Shown here: piece by piece, positions 1 to 24,167 of the stretch
Position numbering within the stretch: the first letter of the stretch is position 1
Layout: the number at the start of each line of letters is the position of its first letter
Assembly (NCBI RefSeq): GCF_963676685.1
Contig: NC_092351.1
Span: forward strand, 13,144,001 to 13,208,000
Length of the DNA stretch: 64,000 nt
Direction: 5' to 3'
DNA from: Mytilus edulis
Lineage: Eukaryota
Position numbers and translations under genes: made by a program
Notes under the pieces: generated by a model
Told to the model about the DNA's origin: nothing
The model's database searches: none
Seen by the model: only the letters and a program-made list of their open reading frames with translations

Positions 1-662
1 GGGGTCACAGTGGGGTGCTTTTATGTTTAAAATCGTTACATACAGGTTAGACTGTGATTTTAAAAACAAATGTTGATATCTTTATATAATATTTACACAA
101 AAAAAACGGTGCGGGAAATGGACATGATTACATTTCTGGATGCGGGAAGCAGGAATATAAAAAAAATAAAAAAATTCTGGTTTGAAAAAAATAGGTGCAG
201 GCGGGTCCGTCGAACAAGGAATCAAATTGGTGTGGCCTAAGTATTCTTTATAATATGAGATTAGATAAAATTACAAAGTTTTTATAAGATTAACATGATC
301 AAGGGTCGACTATTAGTTTTTGAATGTTAAAAGAGGTAAAAAAAAATGTAGCTTGAAACTCAAGATCTTTATTACAGAAACAGTTTACTTTTTTGTTTTA
401 TATGAAAATGTCTTTGTTAAAATCATTTTATATATTTTAATTCAAAATGAAAGCTCTCATTTACTGGCACTTTTTTCTAAGACCCTTTTCATAAATGTAT
501 GTATCTTCCAATTCTCCCTCTTTGTACCACAACCCTAATGTATCACATAAAATTGGCTGAGTCCTAAAGGTGACAACATGACATTGCTGCAATAAGTTTC
601 TTAGTCTCTATATTGTCAGTTAATGTGATAAAAATCCCTAATTTGAAGTAATCTGCACATAC

Positions 663-3600
663 AAGCAACCTGTTGATGTTTGTTCTGGGTATAAAATGCC
701 AACATCTTGAACTTCATAACTCTTCTTTGTATGAGCTGATACTATCTTATCTCCTGAAAAGAGTCAAGGTATGATTATGTTTAAGAGGTGTTCATTACAT
801 TCAACTTTATATATGTGTCTTCCATTGAAAGCTATTAATGCTGAGCAGGTAGCAGATCATTCTATAAACATAATTAAATATAAACTTATTTATATAGTTT
901 TGGAGTTAAGTGTGATGTCCATTTTTATTGAACAAAAAAACAATTTGTTTAGGGGCCAGCTGAAGCCGCCTCTGGTGTGAGATTTTCTCGCTGTGTTGAA
1001 GACCCATTGGTGGACTTACTCTGTTTTCTACTCTTTGGTAGGATTGTTGTCTCTTTGACACATTCCCCATTTTCATTTTCAATTTTATTATTACTTTTTT
1101 TTTTAAATTGCACTTATATGAAAGTCAACAATGAAGTTCATTTGCATGAACATTTAAGTCCTATGATATATAATTTTTATATAGAATACCACACAAACCT
1201 TTTTTAACCACTCCATCTTTGACACTAACATTAGTTACAGCTCCTTTAAACTTCTCATATGTAGAATCAAATACTAATCCTTTAAATGGTTTCTTGATAT
1301 CTGTAGTAGGTCTGGAAAACATTAAATGGTGAAAATGTCAGATATGTGGTGGCTTTGGCAGAAGTAGTTTTTCTCTACAAATGCAACTGTAAGTTGTTTT
1401 AATAGAACTAATTTTGTATTTGCAAGACATGAACACAACTAAAGGTTTATGGTTTTACTATCTAAAATATATTTTGTGTAATATTGTGTAAATGAATTCC
1501 TGTTTCATTGTCCTCTTCCACACAAAAATGTTATTTGTTTTACTATGATTTTGTCCACTAAAAAGTCAGTTTTCTACAAAATTTGATTTTCTGTTCATCA
1601 TTTCTGATGATTCATATAGAAATTTGTTAAACAGTAAAACCTGCATGTTGTATGCTTTGTTATAAAAAACAGAGGATAAAACTTTAAAATTCTGTGCATA
1701 CTGAAGTATTGCAGTAATCATTTTTTCATTATATGCCTATGTCATTGGCTCAAACTCTGAGCTCTCTCTCTCTCTAAAAATCTTTAGTTTGTGATACCAT
1801 GCATGGCTCACTTTAGGTCAATATCTATAGTTCTGTATACAGAAAAACTTGATAATGTTTTATATTTAGACATCCTTAGCTTTCAAATGGTGGTTTTGAG
1901 CAATCACGATGAAGGTTCTAGAAAAATGATTCAGAAACACATAAATTAATTTTCCTAAGATACTGTGTGTTTTGTCATAACTAAGAAACTCTAAAGTCAT
2001 CAAAATCTACTTAAGAAAACCACATGCATCTGGATATACATTAATTAGCACAATAAGTGTAATACACAGTTTACTTGTTGTATGTCTTACGGAGGGATTC
2101 TATCTATCACAGCTTTTAACACCTCTTCTACACCTGTACCATGCTTAGCTGATACCTACAATAATCAACATATTACAATAACATATTATCAGGATATACT
2201 GGGAAGTATAAAAATTACAAAGGAGGGAACAGTGGGAGGAGATAATAAAACGTCTAATTGTTTAAAATCATAAAATTCATACAAGGCAACCCTCTTCAAT
2301 CTAAAATAGCTAGGTGGTTATTAAAGTCCAAGTTGTTATCTGACACAGTGTAAAGTTTACAGTAAATCAAATTTGAGAGTTTATCAATCATTATAACACA
2401 AAGTCAAATTAATTGAAGTATTTTGCAGTTTTCATATTTTACTAGTAGTCATTTTGTTTTGTAGCATACTGGTCAATATATCCAAGCAAGCCGATTTTTT
2501 TTGTTTTTAGTAAAGAACCATTTAAATGAAGCTTTAATCCCTGACTATTTTATAAAAAGACTTATTTACAGTTGAATGCAAATTTGTCTGCCATTACTTA
2601 AAACCACTCAGAATTCTTTTTGTTGTACAACTATACACTAAGTTGTTTACTTTTTTCAACCTTGATGTTTTTTCCATTAAAACGACATATTCATCTACGG
2701 GTGTACTAGGTAATTTTTCATCTCCAATAAGAATTTTTATTTTGCAAACCATGACGAATAAAGCCACAAGAAACAATTCACCTGTAATATTTCATGAGGT
2801 TCAATATCAAATACATTTTTCATTTGTTTCTGTACTGTCTCCACATCAGCCCCAGGTAAGTCAATTTTGTTGAGGACAGGTAAAATTGTCAAGTCTGCCT
2901 CAAATGCCAAGAAAAAGTTAGCAACAGTCTGAGCTTGTACACCCTATAAATAGAGTACAATTTACATAACATTTCAATATTTCTACTTCATTTAGAACAG
3001 TTACTCAAAACAGTTTGATATATGTGAAAGGCACATGCTAAAATAACTAAAAAAATCTTAAAATGATGAGTTAACTTTCCATTAAAAAAAACGAAAAAGT
3101 AGAATAAAGCTTTTTTACATAGTTATCTTTCTTTAGAAACCGGATTTGTATCTTAAGCTTATCATTTCATTACATTTATATAACAATTTTATTCAAGTGT
3201 TGATTTTAAGGATTTTCCCCAAAAAACATAATACACATGTATAGTGCAAAATAACATAAAAGACCATAGAAAACATCATGAACATAGTTACCTATTTAAA
3301 TAAAAAAAATTAACGAAAGAACCATTTGCAATAAAAGCTTACCTGATTAGCGTCAACAAGTAGAATAACACCTTCACATGCCCTTAGTGATCTGGATACT
3401 TCATAATTAAAATCTACATGTCCCTGGAAAATAATATATAAAGTAAGTAAGTAAATAGTTTATTAATTGTATATTATGACTACATATCATTTTTAAAAAG
3501 ACATTTTTCTTTTTTGGCTGATCTATTATTATCATTATAATACTTTTTTTTTTAATTTATTAGTTTATTACATGCAAGTTCTACATGTACATGATTAGAA

Positions 3601-6600
3601 GCAAATTTTTTATTTGCTACTTTACATTCTACAATGCACAAAGTTACTGTAATATTGGGACATAAAAGTGGGCTACATGTGTTCATATTGTAAAAGACAT
3701 CCTCTGGTGTTGTTTTCCTAAAATAGGTGGTCTGGGAATCGAAAGGTCTCTCTATACAAGCTCCATTGTATTAAAAATTAGCTCTAATTCATATTACAAG
3801 TAAAGACAAATAAAATAATAATCTTTTCAAAAATTTTACTTTATAGATTCAAATAAATGGACAAAGGGACATAATAAATGTATGATAACTTGACAGATGT
3901 ACAATGCCATCAACAGATTATTTGCCATTTCAGAATCTACATATAGACATGCTAGATGACCTCTTGCAATTTATTTTTAATAGTAAAAAAAAGGAACAAA
4001 AATTCAAGATTTGAAGAATGATATATGCAGTTGTAATGTCTAAAGAGTTTCATTGTGACTATTGACAATATTTGGTTAATTATACAAGATATATTTAGGT
4101 CTTTGATAATTATTTTGTTTGTCTTCAGTCTTTGTGATGCTATTTTTTTTCTGTGTTTTATGTCAATCTGATGAGTCAAGTTTTTTTCACCTGTTGTTAC
4201 AGTTTTGTCTTAAGTTGAGCAGTACCACTACCGTCCAAAGCCTATAATCAGTGAATGTCATTGATTAAGTCATTCTTGCTTTTTTGTTTAAATGTTGTTG
4301 TTTTTTAATACACCTTATAGCTATTTGTCAGCCAATACTGGATATCACACAGGTTCCCGTAAAATTTTGACGTCATAAAGCAAAATATCTGACGCCACAA
4401 TGGAAAAGTGATTGTTGTATGCGTCAAAAGTTCAAGCGGCCGGGTCAGCCTGATTAGCGATAAGGTGTATTATAAAATCAATTTATTTGTTCCATAATTT
4501 TTTTATGTCAGGCCGTTTATTTCTAACTATATGTACAATACACTATGGGTTTTCCTCATTGTTGAAGTATGAATGGTCATGATGGTGACCTAACATTTAC
4601 AAAACTTGATCTCTGGTGGATAGTTGGCAATCATATCACATCTTCTCCTTCTTATATTAAATGTATAAGCAGCTAATACTAGAATTTGTTTGCTTTAGGC
4701 ATGTTAGATAGTATATGCAATCTGTACTTACTGGTGTGTCCACTAGGTTAAGGAGATATGTCTGTCCTTTATATTCATAAAATAATGAGGCTGTTTGAGC
4801 TTTCACTGTAATTCCTCTTTCCCTCTCTACCTGTAGTTTGTCTAACACCTGTTCATTCTTTGTGTTACTTGATATGGTACCTGTAAATATAAACAATAAA
4901 GGAATGCAAGATGAAAGCTCATAAAATATCAGCTGCTCTAAATAGTATTACAATCACAAAAACAAACTGCTTTTAAAGCGGTCTGCATGTATAATTGAAA
5001 AAAATACAATCAAGAATTTATAAAACCAAAGTTGGTATTGGACAACCAGTGTTTTGTGGTCAATTTTTCCAAATTAATATTCATCAGAATTTTATACGAG
5101 CAGTTGAGCAAGAAGCATATCAATTCATTTTTTTTCAAGCTCTTTAAGTGTGATTTATTTTAATTGTCGTTTAGTTTTCATTTGTAACAACATTTCCATT
5201 TCTTATGTGTATGTTGTTAGAATTCACTTTAACAACATTCAGTAGTCTATAATTATTATAAACATAATATCTTTGGTAAAGTATTAGGATAAGAATAAAT
5301 GAAGATCTATAAACCTAGTATGCCTAATCAATTACTTTGACTGACTTGATTTAAACATAAGTAGTATAATGGTTGTCTTTTACCTGTAATTTCCAATAGT
5401 CTGTCAGCTAGTGTACTTTTACCATGGTCTACATGAGCAATAATACTGAAATTTCTGATAAGATCTGCTGGGAACTGTAGTAAATCTATCTTCTCCTGTA
5501 ATTTTAAAAACAAGATGATGTGTGATATATCTTATAGTGAATTCGAAAGGGTCAAGTGATGTTACAGTATGTGAAAGAAATTTTGATGTAAAAAAAAATA
5601 ATATCGTGGAAGAACTTAAACATGTTAAATATTTCTTTAGATTTTTGCACTTATCATGTAATAAATGTTTTCGCAATTGTGTTTGCTCTCAAATCAGTGT
5701 TGCCATAGCTATAAACATGAACAGTTGTTTATTTTTTCCACATTAAATGCTATGTGTAGCCGGACTTGATTTTAATACTGTACATTATTCAAATATAGCA
5801 ATAAGCAATGCCTTTTAAGTCAAAAACTTCTTAAAACAAGAATGTGTCCATAGTACACAGATGCCCCACTCGCACTATCATTTTCTATGTTCAGTGGACC
5901 GTGAAATTGGGTAAAAACTTTAATTTGGAATAAAAATTAGAAATATCATATCATAGGGAACATGTGTACTAAGTTTCAAGTTGATGTAACTTTAACTTCA
6001 TCAAAAACTACCTTGACCAAAAACTTTAACCTGAATTTCGCACTATCATTTTCTATGTTCAGTGGACCATGAAATTGGGGTCAAAACTATAATTTGGCAT
6101 TAAAATTAGAAAGATCATATCATGGGGAACATGTGTACTAAGTTTGAAGGTGATTGGACTTCAACTTCATCAAAAACTACCTTGACCAAAAACTTTAACC
6201 TGAAGCGAACAGACACACAGATGGACGCACAGACGGATGAATGAACGGACGCACAGACCAGAAAACATAATGCCCCTCTATTATCTTAGGTGGGGGATAA
6301 AAATTACAAAATCTTACCAATTTAGTCTGTAGTCCAAGAGAAGTGAAAAGATTTCTTGTACTATTACTGTGTGGTGAAATAATTCTGGAAAAAATATATC
6401 ATTTATCTTATTAAATTATTATAAGGGTTCATTAAACAGGAAACCTCATTATTAGCCATGAAATTTGACATCAATGGGATTTTATATGAAATTATAATGA
6501 ATATTCACTTATCATGCTTCTGGCTGGGACTATTATATATATTATGGGGACGAAGTCCCCAATTACGGTAGAAAAATCAATAAAAAAAAAAAAATTAAAA

Positions 6601-7816
6601 AATCGGGAAAATTTCCCGAATTTTTCATTCAACTAATGAACTCAAAATCGTTAACTTTTTTTTTCAGATCTACTTCCTGTTCGGTTCTCTCCGCTTTTGC
6701 GCAGATACCTGTCTTGTTTGCATGAGACTTTGAAAAAATGTATATTTATCAGTCTAGTAAAATATAAGATTGGATCTCAATACAAATTCAATTTTAATAA
6801 TTGTTTGATATGAAAAAACGTTACCTGATGAAAGCGTTTCTTTTGTTTACATCGAATATGACGTCATAACTTAAAGAACGTCACAGCTTATTCCCTAACA
6901 ACAGAATCAAAATCGGGAACGTTACGTACGGTATTTCGGTTCTTTTGATATCATGTAGTATATGTAAACATGGTAAATATTGTTTTTTATTAACCTACTC
7001 TATATTCTTGAACAAAAATATGGCATTAATATTGTTTGTTTCTCAAAGTTTTTCTTTCGTTTTGGAAAATGTGTGATGGTTTTTTTTCTTGGAAAAATCA
7101 TGTGCAGACAAAGAGACATAAGTTGCTTGTCATTTTTTTTTTTAAATATGATTTGCTCGGCCTGATTGGTCTGCCATTAAGATTGATGATGCTTAATGGA
7201 ATGTAAAATAACAAAACAATGGAGTCGGGATATGCTGAAGTGGGATGTTTTGGAAGTTTGAAATGATTTAAGGCATTCAGAAGTCAGGTATGAAATGGCC
7301 ATTAGAATATCTGCATTGTTACACATTACTGAACATAACAATGAACACACATCTTTAGAATAATCAATATTTTTTTTCCTAGTAGAAAAAAACGTATTCT
7401 GCACTAGTTTTGTAAGCTGGTATACAATGGTACATGTATAAGCATAGTGACATCAATGCAGAGGTTTCCTGTGTGAAAAGTACAATAACCTACAAGTCTA
7501 AACGAACCAACATGATGACCGATTGTACAACATGTAGACAGACTACAGAAGGATATTCCTAAAAAAGTTGAGTTATTTTCTGCCAAAGAGAATGAACAAC
7601 TGAACATGTACCTTTTCAGTCCCAAAATTCCAAAACTAATCCTTCTTATGCACTTGAAGCGTATAGAGATAGAAATTCAATAATACACTCTGAAATTATG
7701 TGAATGAATGTTAAGACATGCCTGGAATTTCTTTTTATGCTAAATATTTTCTGCTCGCATCGTTTGCACATACGACAAGTCGAGGAAAAAGTTGGAATTC
7801 TCCACAAAAACATCAT
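663..7816 (-). CDS. GUF1: Translation factor GUF1/EF-4 (LepA), mitochondrial; 5' exons only, gene continues beyond the left edge
   Basis: Exons with GT-AG ends and matching phases: 5495-5384 ([37 protein letters not shown]), 4880-4732 ([17 protein letters not shown]...LNLVDTP), 3423-3343 ([18 protein letters not shown]), 2943-2782 ([10 protein letters not shown]...NKID), 2155-2091 (VSAKHGTG), 1311-1199 and 753-663. G1-G5 GTPase motifs of LepA are present. The presequence exons 6384-6318 and 7816-7722 are less certain. Confidence 0.95.
4306..4472. mobile_element. Small MITE
   Basis: Terminal inverted repeats TAATACACCTTAT...ATAAGGTGTATTA. Confidence 0.6.
5835..6300 (+). mobile_element. Helentron/HINE-like non-autonomous element with an internal 168-bp tandem duplication
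   Basis: Starts AACAAGAATGTGTCC, has two core repeats (5871 and 6039), a (GACG/GAAC)-type microsatellite and a 3' CCCC...GGGG hairpin. A one-core copy lies at about 45738-46005. The class assignment is inferred from this architecture. Confidence 0.65.
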
Positions 7817-8162
7817 TGTCGATGTAATGTTGATGTTGTTTTTGGAAGATTATTCAATTATAAATGAATGTTACTCATATTTCCGTCTAATACATCAAAA
7901 TAACTTTAATTTGCTTCGTATTCTATTTGACATTTCCAAGGGAGATGGGGGCTGACATCTTTGATTCAAAACGAGGCAGAGAGAAGTACCTAGATTGTTC
8001 CCTTATTGAACAATCTGAAATATCACGAGATCCACTAAGAATACTTTTAAATAAAAACTCACCCCGAAGAACATTTTTTTCAGCTTTTCTGACAAGCAGA
8101 AATTTTCATAGTAGGTTAAAGAGCTCACTAGAGCTCATGTTTTGTCTGTTATTATGTATATA

Positions 8163-9475
8163 TGCTACAGTGAATTTGTATAATTAGGGATTATGTAGAA
8201 TCATGGGGTTTTTCAGGGAATATGTAGAATCACTGAAATCATTAGTATATAATCACAGAGACATGTATATTTATATGTCTCTGATAATCATGATAATATA
8301 ATCCCTGAAAATGACCAGATATTTTACATAATCAATGAACATTTTAATAATTATTCTACATATTTCCTAATATGATTTCAGGGATTATCAATAATTTTAG
8401 GATCCTTTGTTTGTTAAAATATAAATAGTATAGACAAATTATCATTTTTTTTTTCATATTCCTTGCCAGATGAAATAAGTTTACTTTTAAACACAGAGGA
8501 TAATCTTAAAGATATAACCAACACAGGGTTTTGAGATAAAGCTGGAAGACTTCAAAATTCATAATAATCAACATTCCCTTTATAGCGATAACTAAAATAC
8601 ATGTTTGTTTAAAAGCCGCCATCAAATGGTTATTCATGTTCTATTTGTAAATCCACAGAGCTTGTTATTTGTGGTATAGAAGGTTATGGAACCCCTGTTT
8701 TGTGGTTTAAATTAACTTTGTTTTTTTTTTCTTGTTTTTTTTATTTTTGGTCAAATAAACAAAAAGAATTCAAACTGAGAGAACTTAGACATCTATATGT
8801 CATGATAAAAACAGGCAGAACTAAGATTGATAAATAGAACAAAATTTTAGAGGAAGCTGGCATTTGGTGTAATATTCTCATAGCAATTCCGCAGGTAAAA
8901 AAAGAAAAGGGAAACCCAAAAAACAATCATTGGCAATTGTTCACAAAAAGTCTGAAAAAGAATACTATAGTATTGCCTGGCCACAAAACATGGTATTTTG
9001 CTCGATCAGGTTCGAGGCTGCTAATTTCCTTTTTTTCGGGATACCTTGAGATGGTTTTACAGAACACTTTATTTTTCGTAGGCGTGTCGAAAAATTTGAT
9101 TCGATATGTGAAGGAAAAGGTATTTTTAAATGTGGATATTGTGATAGAAGCAGATGTGAAGCATATTATTTTAATATATTGTGTCTAACATTTTAATATA
9201 TTGTGCCCAATATTTTACAATTTATGTTTATAATGATGTTTGAATTTGATTTAATAGAATACATTATTTGACTTTTATTCATTTCTTAATAAATAAAACT
9301 ATTTCTTCATTTCAGTTATTATGTATAATCCCTAACGTTTTTTCTAGTGATTATACATAATCCCTAAAATATTTAGTGATTATTTATAATCCCTAAACTA
9401 GCCAGTGATTCTACATAATCCCTTAAATTTTCAGGGATTCGACATACTCACTGATAATACAAATTCACTGTAACA
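8163..9475. mobile_element. Non-autonomous TIR element with TG...CA ends and subterminal GATTAT/AATC repeats
   Basis: TGCTACAGTGAATTTGTAT...ATACAAATTCACTGTAACA, flanked by TATA on both sides. Confidence 0.75.
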
Positions 9476-10581
9476 TATATATGCCGACTCTAAATAAAAT
9501 TTACTTGCTTACTTACTTCAGATTCATAAACCAGGAGCTTTCTATAAAAAGTTGGTAAAGAAAGTGCCTTCATAAACTTTAACAAAAAACGAATTCAAAA
9601 ACGAACAATATTATGTTTGAGTAAATAAAAAATAATAAGATGTTGTAAGATTGAGACAACTCTTCACAACTGACTAAATGACACAATATTAACAACTATG
9701 GGTCACCGTACGACCTTCAACAATGAGCAAAGCCTATACCGCATAGTCAGTTGTAAAGGGCCATGAAATGGAAACAGCAAAACAATATCTCACCGTTTTT
9801 TTAACACATATATGACATATAAAAGACAAGTTTGAATCAACAATGATTTAAATATTTAAATATTATTTGCACGATCACGTTCACTTTAATAACAAAAAAT
9901 GTTATCAAAGATACAAGATGAACAATTTTTTTACTGGAAAGTTAATGTCTAAGCAGCGACCGGTTACTAGTGGGAACAGTCTTGGGCAGGTTTGTTGGAT
10001 AGTTCTAAACATATACATACTATTGGAGATTCCATGGAGTGAAAGAATTTGAAGGGCCCGGAGCAGCCTTAATCTGGGCGTTCATATGTTGAATTATTCT
10101 GCATATCCTGGTACGTATGTATCAGTACTGATTTAATACGAAGTGTTTTGATTGCACCAGTTGTCTTACTGTTTTGAATTTATTGGAGTAAGACTCGGAG
10201 TGTTCACTCTTCAATATTAGTCTGATATGACTTGGCATTTTGATTTGACCTCGGTTCAGCATATTCATGTCAATATACACGTGCTCCTTATTTGGATCAT
10301 TCATTGAACATTTTAGGCAAAAACAAATCTTTAATGGCTTGACATTTTTTTTAATTGTAAAGACAAATATGTGAAACTTAACAACTTTCTTACATCAGTT
10401 GACACTTCAGTTATACTAAAATAAACGTCTACATCTACATGATCTACATCTACCTCTACTAATATTGCTACTACTACTTCTTGTCATAATTAATATATAA
10501 CATTATTATTATTATGTTGTCTGAATTACTGATAATTTAATAATAGTTAATTTTATTTATATCCATGTTTGGAAATAATTA

Positions 10582-20056
<9,475 letters not shown>

Positions 20057-22399
20057 GGTTTGGTTCTTTTTGTCTAAACCAAGTAAAAATCAATCCATAT
20101 ATCGCAAGTAACTGCAATTATAACATATTCAGTTAATGAAAAACAAAACTGTTTGCACGTCATTGGAAAATGAAATTCTAAATATAGCATACCAAACAAA
20201 AAGAAACAAACAAAATCTTCTTGAAATGATAATATGAAGTTATTGTTGTTAATACTTGGGATAATCTAGAAACTTGTTTTGCTGCTAACGATAAATCAAT
20301 CACGGGAAATCAAACGTATAGTGTCACGAGTGTTTTTGCCTATCCTTTACTAGCTTTGTATCTTGATGCACTATAAAGACAACCCAGAAAGTATGCAAAG
20401 CTCAAAATCTGCAATCTTCTTTTTTAATTACATATGTTATCATTGAATAGCATGCTTTTGCGGAAAGGACTGCTTAATGACATGTCATTATTATTTAACT
20501 TTATCTTGTTTATTGTGATTGACATGCTTCATTAACCAATACTTTTTGTATTAGAGCTCCTAACTATACCAAAAGATAACCAGATCACTTCACCTTCTAT
20601 ACGAGTTTTATCATTACCTACTTCTGGTTATAATAAAAATAAATTATATATATTGTTTTTCATATATATGTTTAAAGTTCTAGACCGAGCGCCCTTCGCA
20701 ACTCAACAATCAATCAATTTTGCAGAAAGATTTATATACACGATCAAGATTTCTCTGGTCTGAGCACAGCGGTGAGAAATAGGAACCCTCACTATAAAAA
20801 CCAAAGGATACTTTCGGCGAACTGTTAGTTATTTTTTTCCCGAATTTACAAATATATGCGGGTTATCTAATGAAAACTACATGTAATTTGTCTCGCTCAT
20901 GACTTAATATTTTGTCTAGTCATTAGTTGTTTTATTTAAGACCACCAAGAAAGAAAAACTAGAAAGAAAAATTCTGAGAAAAAATCACAGATACATCAGG
21001 AACTTGTAACAGAAATTGAAGTTGCCTCTTTACGACCTTCCCATTTATATTAAAGAGTTTCGTAATTTCATCGTTTATGATGTCATTATGTCGTTGATAT
21101 AACTTGATGTCGGGACATTCATATTTAAGTTCAGTTTCCAAAATATCACATACCTACCTTAAATCAAAAATATGGTCTTTAATTTGTTCATATTCCGCTA
21201 ATAGATGCTTAATATATATCTTTATATACACTATGTAATCATATTGATTTTAAATGCAATTGTGTATTTCTGATTGTATTTCTTATTGTATTTTCTCATT
21301 AAGTACACCTGTTACAGTTAAGTGCAATAAAAATCGTTACACTGTTGTTTGAACTTCTTCAATGTTATGAAACTGTTTTGTAAGTGAAACGGGCAGTTAA
21401 AATATTATAAATCGATAAAATCAACTTAAAAAAAAATCAACCCTCTGATTTTATATTTTTATTTAGCTTTAGTTTAATTTCGTTCAAAGCAAAAATAATA
21501 TTATAGTGAATGAAAACACAAAAAGTAGTTTTCTCTCCTAATATATAATAGCCAACACAAAATTAACAGGAGTATGTATTTTTTTAGTACAATTTCTCCA
21601 AACTAAATTCATGATTTGTAGGAAAATTGATAGAAAAAAGGCAACGATGACCATGACGATATGTGTTTTGTCATGTATTTTTACCTGTTGAGATTTTAAT
21701 TAGTACATAGAAGGGACCAACAAATAATTATATCATTTATATGCTGAATGAATGCAAATGAAATGCGTGGTGTTAATCTGCACGTCATTTCACATTCCAT
21801 TGTATCATGGGAATAACAAAGAATCAGCAGTATAACATTACAATCCCCTCTAGTTATTACAAATGGTCACTTGTATTTACCCCTGTCCCAAAGTTAGTCT
21901 CGGTGAGAGCACTTTCTTTTGTTAGTGCAGTGTGTATATAACACATCACAAATAATTATGACATCGAATTTCATGTCCCGTTTTGGAAGACTGATCTCTC
22001 TTTTTAGGCTTTTAAATGTGCTCTGTATGTGATCTTTTGCAAATATCTTCCCTATCCTATGTACCGGGGTTTCTTTCAGCCCGCTTTAATTTTAATCAGT
22101 CACTTTGCTAGAAAAGACACCTATATTTTATTATCTTTGTTTATTTTGTTCTTGTAATGAATACGCATGAAATATTTTGCAATATCAAGCAAACAGTAAT
22201 TGATAGGAAATTACACAATCAATTCTTTATCTTTTCGGCAGTACGTTACCATTTGATAAGTTTCTGTGAATGTTGCACCAGGAAGCCGACAACCAAACAT
22301 TTGTTTTTGTTTGAACATTTTCAGTATGATTATTTAAAAGAGGACAAAAAAAAACATTTTAAAATCGATACAAACTCAATAAATGAAGATACATATTTT

Positions 22400-22822
22400 T
22401 GTTTATTTTCTTTGGTTACATCTTCTGACATCAGACTCGGACTTCTCTTGAACTGAATTTTAATGTGCGTATTATTATGCGTTTACTTTTCTACATTGGT
22501 TAGAGGTATAGGGGGAGGGTTGAGATCTCACAAACAAGTTTAACCCCGCCGCATTTCTGCGCCTGTCCCAAGTCAGGAGCCTCTGGCCTTTGTTAGTCTT
22601 GTATCATTTTAATTTTAGTTTCTTGTGTACAATTTGGAAATTAGTTTGGCGTTCATTATCACTGGACTAGTATATATTTGTTGAGGGGCCAGCTGAAGGA
22701 CGCCTCCGGGTGCGGGAATTTCTCGCTACATTGAAGACCTGTTGGTGATCCTCTGCTGTTGTTTTTTATTTGGTCGGGTTGTTGTCTCTTTGACACATTC
22801 CCCATTTCCATTCTCAATTTTA
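22400..22822 (+). mobile_element. Dispersed SINE-like repeat (3' fragments at 945-1087, 10795-10860 and 35265-35300 -)
   Basis: Shared GGGGCCAGCTGAAG...GTTGTCTCTTTGACACATTCCCCATTTCCATTCTCAATTTTA. Confidence 0.7.
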
Positions 22823-24167
22823 TATGACGTTATTTTTAGTATGAATTACGTTATAGTATTTATTTTTTATGCACTGGAATCAAAATAAATATTTTGTTAA
22901 TTATCATATCAAAACATGAAATAAGGTTATTAACCATTCGTTCAACATATAAAATGAAGATTTAAAATGATACTATGATTAGAGACTTTCCGTTTTGAAT
23001 TGTAAAGCTACATGAGTGCAGAATGAGAATGGATCTCGTTCAATAATGTTTATATGAAGAAAAGAAAGTTAATGAATTTCTTTTAAGTTGACACAATAAT
23101 CATCTCTAGTTTATATTTCACACAACCATGCAATGTGGAAAACAAACCCCCCAAAAAGTTATAACAAACTTAAATCCTTTTTATAATATATTCACCTGAA
23201 AGTGTTACATAAATCAAGTTTAGAGATATAATATTCCATAAAAGAGGTCAATATTATTAATTAACAAATACATGTAACATACATGTATCATGATAATCAT
23301 ATGATACTTCAGTGTATCAAAATGTAATGAGTATATCTATAAAATAAATATAGATATTCGACTATAATATTTACAGTACATATTTAACATTACACAGATA
23401 AATTCTTATAAAAATAGATAGATATGTAAATTTGTATTGCACATGTTCAAAATTCAAAACAGTAAATCAATTAGACTTTTCACAGCTTTATTTGAAATAA
23501 AAACATAACAATGTTTAACAGAAAAAAATATATTTGTAAGTAATTATTTGAGAAAATCAGATACGAAAAATGGACAAATATACCTCAACTTTTGGTTGAT
23601 ATTAGCGAGCTGATTGTGAAAATAATACATTATAGCATGTCCCATATGCTAACGCCGCGCGCGCGCTGTAAAATGTGGATTATTCGATCCTGGATAGATA
23701 AATTCGAAAAATGAGAAGTCACTATGTAAAACGTACACAATCAAACTAAAGCCCCGCTATACGAACAGTGTCAAATACACAAAATAAAGCCGACCGTAAA
23801 CTTTTTAAACAATTCATTTCACATTGAAACAAAGTTTTGCCTCTGTCAGAGTAACAAACAAATTGAGGGTAAAACAAAATAAGTATGTTCTCATGATTTT
23901 TTATTTATTTCATCTATGAATGACAAGTCAGCAGAAATCATTTTTTCTAATTCAAGGTTTACAGACTTAATATACATTTTGGCTGCTTCATCCTTTAATC
24001 AGTGACAATGTTCAACTCGGTTTTATCAAAATTCTGGTATATAGAAGACATAAAAGCCTCGTTGTTCATAGCTAACTCTTTCAAAATGAAGGCATCCTTC
24101 GTAAGTTGTTGTGCGTGACAAAACGAAATTGAAAATAACTCGCTCGTTATGGTATTGTCTTTCAGAA

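Noticed and set aside
20959-21141. Coding-looking minus-strand ORF upstream of TMEM144-A (similarly 10122-10304)
   Set aside because: No recognisable motif or supporting splice pattern; cannot be assigned without a database search.
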